Source: Syntrophales bacterium (GTDB lineage: Bacteria > Desulfobacterota > Syntrophia > Syntrophales > UBA2210). From it: a stretch of 64,000 nt of DNA. Of this stretch, positions 56,516 to 64,000 are shown piece by piece (positions within the stretch are counted from its first letter, which is position 1; each line of letters starts with the position of its first letter). The notes under the pieces are model-generated. The model was not told where the DNA came from. It worked only from the letters and a program-made list of their open reading frames with translations, and searched no databases. The DNA lies in contig CAXXNF010000002.1 in assembly GCA_963666365.2 (NCBI GenBank), positions 1,472,001 to 1,536,000 on the forward strand, read 5' to 3'. The translations under genes and the position numbers were made by a program.

Positions 56516-56532
56516 AATAGGGAAGTGTCCCT
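56516..56532. repeat. Solo arm of the paired-hairpin family
   Basis: AATAGGGAAGTGTCCCT just upstream of the RBS at ~56541. Confidence 0.7.
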
Positions 56533-56550
56533 CAAACCGAAGGAGTTTCC

Positions 56551-57702
56551 ATGGATGAATTGAGCAACTTCTCCCGGGCGGCCGCCCTCCCCGAAAGGTA
56601 CGGGGAAGAACTGAAAATGGAGGGGAACAGGATCATCGGGTATTTCTGTTCCTACTGTCCCGAGGAAATAATTCACGCCGCCGGTCTCCACCCCATGCGC
56701 CTTTTTGGCACGTCGCAGCCGATTATGAAGGCGGACAGGCATCTTCAGGCCTATTGCTGCTCTCTGGCACGAGGCGCCCTGGAAAACGCTCTGTCCGGCG
56801 CCTTTGAATTTCTCGCCGGAGCAGTCTTTCCCCACACCTGCGACACCATTCAGCGGCTCTCCGACATCTGGCGGCTCAACACCGACTTCAGCTTTTTTGC
56901 CGACGTGGTGCTGCCGGTGAAGCTCGACAGGGAAAGCGCAAAGGAGTACCTGGAAGCGGTCCTCAGAAAATTCAAAAGGGATCTTGAGGTATGGGTCGGC
57001 GCGGAGATTACCGACGAGGCATTGCACCGTTCAATCGAAACGTACAATGCCATACGGACCCGCCTGGGAAGGCTTTACCGTCTCAGATCGGACAATCCCG
57101 ACATCATAAGCGGGAGCGATGTGGCGACAATCGTAAAGGGATCGATGATCATGAAACGGGACAGTCTTCCGGAGCATCTCGATCGCCTTTTAGAAGAAAT
57201 CAAAGAGGGGCGCTACCGTACCGGAAGGGGCGATAGAGGAAAACGGTTGATAATTGCCGGAAGTATCTGCGATCATCCCGACTTTTACGACATACTGGAA
57301 CAAGCGGGCGGAACCGTGATTGAAGACGATCTGTGCACCGGCAGACGCTACTTTGAAGGCCTTATAGAGGGCAACGGCGATCCTGTCGCGGCGATCGCCC
57401 GCAGATACGCCGCACGCCCGATCTGCCCGGCCAAACATCTCTCGGAAAGCGCACGGGGGGAAGCGCTCATCGCTGAAGTAAAAAAGCATAATGCGCAAGG
57501 CGTCATATTCTTTCTTCTCAAATTCTGCGACCCTCACGCCTTCGACTACCCCTATCTCAAGGCGATGCTTGAAAAAGCATCCATCCCCAGCATTCTGATA
57601 GAGGTGGAGGACCGTCTTCCGCCCGAAGGGCAGCTCAAAACCCGTCTTGAGACCTTTATCCATATGCTCTCATCAAAAAGGAGTGCTCCATGGCCGACGT
57701 GA
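56551..57702 (+). CDS. 2-hydroxyacyl-CoA dehydratase subunit (HgdB/BcrC-like)
   Basis: GYFCSYCPEEIIHAAG, YCCS, HTCD, DDLCTGRRY, KFCDPHAFD, TRLETF. Confidence 0.88.
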   Translation: MDELSNFSRAAALPERYGEELKMEGNRIIGYFCSYCPEEIIHAAGLHPMRLFGTSQPIMKADRHLQAYCCSLARGALENALSGAFEFLAGAVFPHTCDTIQRLSDIWRLNTDFSFFADVVLPVKLDRESAKEYLEAVLRKFKRDLEVWVGAEITDEALHRSIETYNAIRTRLGRLYRLRSDNPDIISGSDVATIVKGSMIMKRDSLPEHLDRLLEEIKEGRYRTGRGDRGKRLIIAGSICDHPDFYDILEQAGGTVIEDDLCTGRRYFEGLIEGNGDPVAAIARRYAARPICPAKHLSESARGEALIAEVKKHNAQGVIFFLLKFCDPHAFDYPYLKAMLEKASIPSILIEVEDRLPPEGQLKTRLETFIHMLSSKRSAPWPT

Positions 57703-58931
57703 AGGAAAAGGGCAGAGGCCCGAAAATCAAAATGGATGAAAAAATGAAGGAAATCATGACGGGGTACTATATCGAGGCCAAGACCGCCGCCGACAGGGGG
57801 AAGAAAGTGGCCTGGATCACCAGCGGCGGACCCGTGGAACCGCTTATCGCCATGGATGTGATTCCCGTCTACCCGGAAAATCACGGGGCCATGATCGGCG
57901 CCGCCAAGATGGGGGGCGATCTCTGCGAACGGGCCGAAGCCATGGGATACAGCGGCGATCTCTGCTCTTACGCACGATCCGACATCGCCTCGGCCGCCGT
58001 CGACGGCGGACCCATCGGCGGCCTTCCCCGGCCGGACATGCTGGTGGCCTGCAACAACATCTGCGGAACCGTCATGAAATGGTACGAGGTCCTGGCCCGT
58101 TTTTACGATGTGCCGCTCTTTATTTTAGACACCCCCATGTGCCATACCGAATACCTTGAAGAATCGAGGCGCTATGTCAAACGTCAGGTAGCGGAGTACG
58201 TGGAGTTTCTGGAAGCGGCATGCGATAAAAAATTCGACTACGACATAATGGCCGAAGTGGGAAGACGCTCGCTTGAAGCCCAGAAACTCTGGCAGGCGGT
58301 GCTCGATACGGCCATGACGCGGCCCTCGCCCATGACCGCCTTCGACGGCTTCTATCATCTGGCCCTTATCGTTACCCTGAGAGGCACACAGATTGCCGTC
58401 GATTATTACCGCGATCTTCTGAAGGAAATGCAGGAACGAGTTGCCCAAGGAATCGGCGCTATTCCCAACGAGCGGTACCGCCTGATGTGGGACAATCTTC
58501 CCATCTGGTACCGGTTAAAATGGCTGTCGAAAAAATTCGCCGCCCATGATGCCTGTCTGGTGGCCGATACCTACAATACGGCATGGTGCCGGTCCCTGCG
58601 CTACATTCAAACTGATGACTTTCTTGAATCCATGGCCGAAGGATACACCCGCATGTACTTGAATATCGGCATTGATCAGATGGCGGAAACGATCATCGAG
58701 ATGGCCGAAAAATATCAGGTCGACGGCATGGTTATGCATTCGAACCGGAGCTGCAAGCCATACTCATTCGGGCAGTACGACATCGCTCGAATGGTCCAGG
58801 AACGACTGAACATCCCCTGCCTGATGATCGAATCCCACATGGTGGATGAACGGAGTTTTTCCGAAAGCCAGACGGAGACGCGCATCGACGCGTTCATGGA
58901 AGTAATCAAAGAACGGGGCGGCGCGAGGTAA
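57690..58931 (+). CDS. 2-hydroxyacyl-CoA dehydratase subunit (HgdA/BcrB-like)
   Basis: YPEN, DLCSYAR, PRPD, NNIC..KWYE, RSCKP, TRIDAF. Confidence 0.88.
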   Translation: MADVKEKGRGPKIKMDEKMKEIMTGYYIEAKTAADRGKKVAWITSGGPVEPLIAMDVIPVYPENHGAMIGAAKMGGDLCERAEAMGYSGDLCSYARSDIASAAVDGGPIGGLPRPDMLVACNNICGTVMKWYEVLARFYDVPLFILDTPMCHTEYLEESRRYVKRQVAEYVEFLEAACDKKFDYDIMAEVGRRSLEAQKLWQAVLDTAMTRPSPMTAFDGFYHLALIVTLRGTQIAVDYYRDLLKEMQERVAQGIGAIPNERYRLMWDNLPIWYRLKWLSKKFAAHDACLVADTYNTAWCRSLRYIQTDDFLESMAEGYTRMYLNIGIDQMAETIIEMAEKYQVDGMVMHSNRSCKPYSFGQYDIARMVQERLNIPCLMIESHMVDERSFSESQTETRIDAFMEVIKERGGAR

Positions 58932-59011
58932 CGGGCTATGGGCCATGGGAAGCAACCTTTCATTACCTGTCATCGCCTATCGCCTGATTTCTGATTGTTA
59001 AAGGATTTTTT

Positions 59012-59791
59012 ATGGTAACTGCAGGCATCGACATCGGTTCTATTACAAGCAAGGCAGCCCTGCTGAACGACGAAGGAATCGTCGGCACGAAGGTGATCTT
59101 TACCGGATATAACGCCGAAAAGGCGGGGAAACGGGTCTATGAAGAGCTGCTGCAGGAGCTGGATCTCAGCGCGTCGGATATTTCCTTCGTGGTTTCAACA
59201 GGCTACGGCCGCAACGGGGTGAAGTGTGCCGACAAGGCCGTCACCGAGATCATCTGTCACGGCGCCGGCGCCTATTACCTGAATCCTCAGGTGCGGTCGA
59301 TTATCGATGTGGGCGGTCAGGACAGTAAGGCGCTGCTTCTCGACGAAACCGGCCGGGTTAAGGATTTTGTCATGAACGATAAATGCGCGGCCGGTACCGG
59401 TCGTTTCCTTGAGGTGATGGCCCGAGCCCTGGAAGTTGATCTGGATGAGTTCGGCCCGCTGTCGCTCGAATCGAATCGTCCTTCGAAAATAAGCAGTATC
59501 TGTACGGTGTTTGCGGAATCGGAGGTTATCTCTCTCATCTCGAAAGGAGAACGCAGGAAAGATATTATCGCCGGCATTCACGAATCGGTGGCCTCCCGCG
59601 TTTCGGCACTGGCGCACAGGGTGGGAATTATTCCTCCCGTCATGATGACCGGGGGGGTCGCAAAAAATGTGGGCGTCGTCGCGGCACTGGAAAAAAAACT
59701 GGGGCTGCCCATCGAGGTGTTTCCCGCTGCCCAGGTCAACGGCGCAATCGGTGCAGCCCTGCTGGCGCGTGAACAGGCCATTGGATCCTGA
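59012..59791 (+). CDS. Acyl-CoA dehydratase activator (HgdC-like ASKHA ATPase)
   Basis: GIDIGS, TGYGR, EIICH, DVGGQDSK, MNDKCAAGTGRF, CTVFAESE, GGVAKN. Confidence 0.95.
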   Translation: MVTAGIDIGSITSKAALLNDEGIVGTKVIFTGYNAEKAGKRVYEELLQELDLSASDISFVVSTGYGRNGVKCADKAVTEIICHGAGAYYLNPQVRSIIDVGGQDSKALLLDETGRVKDFVMNDKCAAGTGRFLEVMARALEVDLDEFGPLSLESNRPSKISSICTVFAESEVISLISKGERRKDIIAGIHESVASRVSALAHRVGIIPPVMMTGGVAKNVGVVAALEKKLGLPIEVFPAAQVNGAIGAALLAREQAIGS

Positions 59792-59806
59792 AATTAGGAA
59801 TTTTAT

Positions 59807-60733
59807 CTACATTTGTTCCGGCACAAAGGCAACCACATCGTCGATGGCGTCAACATCGGTGAACATCATTGCCAGGCGGTCCATTCCCAGGGCAATTCCC
59901 GCCGATTCGGGCATATTCTTCAGGGCGCCGAGAAATTTGGCGGGCTCGGGATAGGGGTGCTTCCCGCGTTCCCGGCGATGCCTTTCCTCAAGGGTGAAGC
60001 GCCTTCGCTGCTCCTCCACATCGGTCAGCTCCGAAAAGGCGTTCGCCAGTTCGATCCCGCCCAGGTACAGTTCGAATCGCTCCACGACTGACGGATCTGC
60101 CGCCTTCTTCCGTGCAAGCGATCCCAGCGACACCGGATAATCGTAAAGAAAGACGGGCCGTTTTCGTCCCAGCTCCGGTTCGATACGAGACACCATTATT
60201 TCGTCGAAGCACTCGTCGGCCAACGCACCTTCCAGGGTGACCGGCGCATACCGCGAGAAGGCCTCTGCCACGGAGACCCGTTCCCAGGGCTTTGAAAGAT
60301 CGACGGAGGACCCTCGAAAGGTGAGCGTCGTTCCCCTGCCGAGACGGGCAGCGGCATAGATGATCAAATCCTCGCATTCGTCCATGAGGGAACAATAATC
60401 GGCGCCGCAGCGATACCATTCGAGCATGGTAAATTCCGTCAGATGACGCCGTCCACGCTCGTCCCGACGAAAGCATTTCGAGATCTGGAACAGCTGAGCA
60501 TACCCGGCGGAAAGCAGCCGCTTCATACAGAGTTCCGGCGATGTCTGAAGAAACCAGCCGTCCCCCGCGGGAACGGCGTCGATATGGGATTCCGGCGCCA
60601 CCTCGCGAATGCGCAAGGGGGTTTCAATTTCAAGGGAGTTCCGATCGATAAAAAAGAGACGGACCGCCTGAATCAGCTCCGCCCGGATCCTCAGGGCTTC
60701 CGCCTTGCGGGCCAGCATCCATCGTTCGTTCAT
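59807..60733 (-). CDS. epmA: EF-P lysine aminoacylase EpmA
   Basis: LQTSPELCMKRLL, EFTMLEWYR, ERFELY..ELANAFSEL, GIALGMDRL; adjacent to efp. Confidence 0.95.
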   Translation of the reverse strand: MNERWMLARKAEALRIRAELIQAVRLFFIDRNSLEIETPLRIREVAPESHIDAVPAGDGWFLQTSPELCMKRLLSAGYAQLFQISKCFRRDERGRRHLTEFTMLEWYRCGADYCSLMDECEDLIIYAAARLGRGTTLTFRGSSVDLSKPWERVSVAEAFSRYAPVTLEGALADECFDEIMVSRIEPELGRKRPVFLYDYPVSLGSLARKKAADPSVVERFELYLGGIELANAFSELTDVEEQRRRFTLEERHRRERGKHPYPEPAKFLGALKNMPESAGIALGMDRLAMMFTDVDAIDDVVAFVPEQM

Positions 60734-60740
60734 GAAACAG

Positions 60741-61304
60741 CTATTCCTTGACGCGGGTCACATAGTCACCGGTCCGCGTGTCGATCCGTATCTTCTCCCC
60801 CTCTTCAATGAAGGGAGGCGCCTGCAGCTGATAACCCGTCTCCACGATAATCGGTTTTGAATTTCCCGCAGCCGTGTCACCTTTCACCCAGGGATCCGCT
60901 TTTGACACGGTAAGATCGACAAAATTCGGCAGGGTAATGCCAAGGGGCTGTTCGCCGAAAAAAAGAATCTCCACATCGATATTGTCGATCATGAAGTTGA
61001 CCGCATCACCGACCTGTTCCGTCGTGAGATATACCTGCTCGTAGGTCTCGTTATCCATGAAACAGTACTTGTTCTCTTCCTGATAGAGGTATTGCATCGC
61101 CCGTTCCTGAAGATTGGCCGGTTCGAAGCTGTCAACGGAGCGGAAGGTGCGTTCGAACTGAGAGCCGGTCACCATATTTTTCAATTTGCACCGGTACAGC
61201 GCCTGCCCCTTCCCCGGTTTGGAAAATTCAAAATCGACCACCACATAGGGCTCGCCGTCTATCTGGATTTTTAAATTTTTTTTCAAATCACTTGCCGAGT
61301 ACAT
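60741..61304 (-). CDS. efp: Elongation factor P
   Basis: KPGKGQA (modifiable Lys), FMDNETYEQ, KGDTA, DTRTGDYVTR. Confidence 0.97.
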   Translation of the reverse strand: MYSASDLKKNLKIQIDGEPYVVVDFEFSKPGKGQALYRCKLKNMVTGSQFERTFRSVDSFEPANLQERAMQYLYQEENKYCFMDNETYEQVYLTTEQVGDAVNFMIDNIDVEILFFGEQPLGITLPNFVDLTVSKADPWVKGDTAAGNSKPIIVETGYQLQAPPFIEEGEKIRIDTRTGDYVTRVKE

Positions 61305-61548
61305 ACAATGGAACTCCCCTCTTTTCATGTGCGCTTAAATGCCTGATACTCTTATTCCATTTAGCGTACAATGTCAAAGTAATAGTGATAGGTCCGCCTC
61401 TCCTGCTTTACCGCCTTTCAGGTTTACTCTGATTTGCCATTGACTAAAACCTATATTCTGATAAGAAATGGGCGCAGTCTTCATAATCGTTTCGACACAG
61501 AATTTGGAGCGCATATTTCATTACAGGAAACGAAAAGGAGCGTCAAAA

Positions 61549-62979
61549 ATGGATCTCACAAAGTTATTCTATCCCGAAAGTGTCGCCGTTATCGGCGCCT
61601 CCGCCAACATGGGAGGGGGCAAAATACCCTACTTTCTTTTACTGCAGGGAGGTGGATATAAGGGGAAACTGTATCCGGTTAATCCGAAGTACAGTGAGAT
61701 CAACGGCGTGAAGGCCTATGCCTCGATCGACGAGCTTCCGGAAGGTGTCGATTATGCAATCGTGGCGGCGCCGGTGCAGCAATCAATGGATATTATCAAA
61801 TCGGCAGCACGCAAGCAGATCAAGTTTATCCATTTTTTTACTTCCGGTTTCGGTGAAACAGGGAATTACGATCTGGAAAAAGACCTCGTGAAAGAGGCCC
61901 ACAGGGGCGGCACGCGAATAATAGGACCCAATTGTGTGGGAGTGCACTGCACAGAGTCGAAATTGAGTTTCGGATACGGCCTTGAGCAGAATAACCATTC
62001 ACCGGGAAACGTGGCCTTCCTGGGGCAATCGGGCGGCGTCACGGGTAATTTTACCGGCATGGCACTCACACGAAGGATACACGTAAACAAGATCGTCTCC
62101 TACGGCAATCAGATCGATGTGAGGGTGGAAGATTATCTCAACTATTTCGCCGACGATCGGAACATTACCCTGATCGCCTGTTATATTGAAGACATCAAGG
62201 ATGCCAAGGCATTTCTCCGCGCCCTGAGAAAGACGACGGAAAAGAAGCCCGTGATCATTCTCAAGGGCGGCACCACCGCACAGGGATCGGTGGCGGCGGC
62301 AAGCCATACCGGCGCCATGGCCAGCGATTACCGCATATGGTCGTCTGCCATTCGCCAGCATGGCGGCGTGCTGGTAGACAATTTCGACCAGATGATGAAT
62401 CTCGTCATGCTGGGAACCGGGAGGAAACCTCTCAGAGGCAAACGACTGGGTTTTCTCGGCGCCGGCGGCGGAGTTTCAGTCATGTTCACGGATATGGCCA
62501 TACAGGAAGGGTTGTCCCTCCCTCAGCTCCAGGAGAGAACACAGCGGATGATCGCAGAAAAAATCAAAGGGGTAAACACCTCTACCATGAACCCCGTGGA
62601 TTTGGGCGCCTATGGATTTGATTTCAATGTCATGTCCCATACCATGAAGGCCCTGGATCAGGATGACAACATCGATATCATCATCCCCTATTTTTCGGTC
62701 GATTACATTCTGAGGGCGGTGCTCCTCCTCAACGCCCAAAACAGCCAGCAGACGATTGTGGAAATGGCCGAGGCGATCAAAAAACCGGTCATTCCCATCC
62801 TGACACGATTTACAGAAGACAGCATAGATATCGAAAAAACGAGAATTGACACGTTTTCAACGCTCCGCAATGCAGAATTTCCTGTGTTCTCGAATATTCA
62901 GGATGCCGTGTATTCGATCAGCAAATATTTTGAATGGGCGGAGAAAAGGGAACACGATAAAAAGAACGGCAGCCGGTAG
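61549..62979 (+). CDS. CoA-binding protein, acyl-CoA synthetase (ADP-forming) alpha-subunit-like
   Basis: LFYPESVAVIGAS, PVNP, GPNCVG, QSGG, ASHTG, NPVD. AAGGAG RBS before ATG 61549. Confidence 0.88.
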   Translation: MDLTKLFYPESVAVIGASANMGGGKIPYFLLLQGGGYKGKLYPVNPKYSEINGVKAYASIDELPEGVDYAIVAAPVQQSMDIIKSAARKQIKFIHFFTSGFGETGNYDLEKDLVKEAHRGGTRIIGPNCVGVHCTESKLSFGYGLEQNNHSPGNVAFLGQSGGVTGNFTGMALTRRIHVNKIVSYGNQIDVRVEDYLNYFADDRNITLIACYIEDIKDAKAFLRALRKTTEKKPVIILKGGTTAQGSVAAASHTGAMASDYRIWSSAIRQHGGVLVDNFDQMMNLVMLGTGRKPLRGKRLGFLGAGGGVSVMFTDMAIQEGLSLPQLQERTQRMIAEKIKGVNTSTMNPVDLGAYGFDFNVMSHTMKALDQDDNIDIIIPYFSVDYILRAVLLLNAQNSQQTIVEMAEAIKKPVIPILTRFTEDSIDIEKTRIDTFSTLRNAEFPVFSNIQDAVYSISKYFEWAEKREHDKKNGSR

Positions 62980-63184
62980 AAAGAGGCCGCACAGGCAGTC
63001 CTCCTTTTCTTTTGACAGGAAAACATTTTTTACGTATAGTCGCTGCTCTGTTTTACGTGGCATCCATGCGGCCCTTCATAAAACTCCCTTACATGATGAT
63101 CAAGCGGGGCGACGTTAAAAAGAACACCGTATCATCCACCCATACCGGGGGGAGTGCACACAATAACACAGAGTGAAGAGCATT

Positions 63185-64000
63185 ATGATACAGAGGGATA
63201 CATCGAAAATAGCTATTATCGGTCCCGGCAGGCTGGGAACGGCCTTTGCCTACAAATTCAGCCGCGACGACAAGGAAATACATATATACTACCACGACGC
63301 CGGTCTCTGCAAGTGGATCAATGAAGAACACCTCAATCCGAAACATCTGACGGAAAGTCTTTGCGACATAGTCGGCGGGATGGAAAATGTTCCCCGGCTT
63401 TCAAAAAAAGTGCGGGCCACCAACGACCTGGAAGCGATCGTAGAGGAAAACGATTTCATCATCCTTTCAATCACAATGCATCGGCTCCCTGAACTTCTGA
63501 ACTATTTAAAACCGCTCATTGCGAAAAAACAGGGACATACCTGTCTTCTCTCTCCCATAAAGGGCCTCTCTTCCGACGAGAAAACGAAGGAACTGATTAC
63601 CCCCTCGCAGATGATCAACAACTACCTTTTCGATCTCAAGCACAAATACGACATCATCTGCATCGGCGGTCCCTTTTTCGATGTCGATATCGCCCTGGGG
63701 AATCCTGTCTGCCTCACCGTGGCCGGAAAAAAGAACATCGCCGGAATCGTGAAAAACAATATATTAAAGGTAAACAGGCGCGAGATGAACTCCTACTATA
63801 ACTTCGATACCATCGGGGTTGAGGCCTGCGGCGCCCTGAAAAACATCGTGGCGAACCTCAAAGGGGTCACCGACTGCCTTGATCTGGGACGATCGATTGC
63901 GGGAACCCTCTTTGCGCGATCAGGCGTTGAAGTGCGATCCCTGTCAAAGCTTTTAGGGGGAAGTTTTCAGGCCTTCTACAGTCAGGCGGGCGTGGGTGAC
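63185..64000 (+). CDS. NAD(P)H-dependent glycerol-3-phosphate dehydrogenase-like protein (partial, runs off window)
   Basis: Read by hand: KIAIIGPGRLGTA, IKGL, GGP, GVEACGALKNIVA, AGVGD; frame open to the edge. Confidence 0.8.
   Translation, partial: MIQRDTSKIAIIGPGRLGTAFAYKFSRDDKEIHIYYHDAGLCKWINEEHLNPKHLTESLCDIVGGMENVPRLSKKVRATNDLEAIVEENDFIILSITMHRLPELLNYLKPLIAKKQGHTCLLSPIKGLSSDEKTKELITPSQMINNYLFDLKHKYDIICIGGPFFDVDIALGNPVCLTVAGKKNIAGIVKNNILKVNRREMNSYYNFDTIGVEACGALKNIVANLKGVTDCLDLGRSIAGTLFARSGVEVRSLSKLLGGSFQAFYSQAGVGD

Noticed and set aside
58932..59000. Short 7-bp-periodic imperfect palindrome between dehydratase and activator genes
   Set aside because: Too short and degenerate to support as a terminator or element.
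56551..59791. Class I benzoyl-CoA reductase (bcrCBAD)
   Set aside because: Only one activator gene and no other benzoyl-CoA pathway genes nearby; the family-level dehydratase call is safer and the substrate cannot be assigned.

Overview
This 64-kb window looks like chromosomal DNA from an anaerobic Desulfobacterota/Syntrophales-like bacterium. That assignment is inferred from gene content, not from a search. In order it holds: acyl-CoA thioesterase; an operon of two haloalkane-dehalogenase-like hydrolases plus hypA/hypB; a radical SAM gene and an acyl-CoA ligase-like gene; a CbbQ/NorQ AAA+ ATPase with a giant helical-repeat VWA partner; fur/perR; a four-gene secreted DUF11 cluster ending in an outer-membrane barrel; a saposin-like secreted protein; an AbiE toxin-antitoxin pair; a kelch surface protein; ODP-like MBL plus adenylate cyclase; a CoA transferase; a hybrid kinase; a c-di-GMP-I riboswitch upstream of an HTH-ExeA-TPR operon; an aromatic amino acid supra-operon (aroF-aroB-pheA-aroD-aroE-aroA-aroK-aroC, then trpL-trpEGDCF-tyrA) with two leader-peptide attenuators; tex; a 2-hydroxyacyl-CoA dehydratase and activator; epmA-efp; a second CoA-binding protein; and a partial gpsA-like gene. 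The best candidate for an undescribed system is the DUF11 cluster. Three proteins end in a DUF11 domain lacking its last strands, and two proteins begin with exactly those strands. This suggests a donor-strand, isopeptide-linked filament with tip, chaperone/cap, shaft and barrel anchor. Other highlights are the saposin-fold protein, a Phe/Tyr/Trp-rich leader peptide, and a family of paired-hairpin repeats whose two arms co-vary. No rRNA, tRNA, CRISPR array or intact transposase was recognised.
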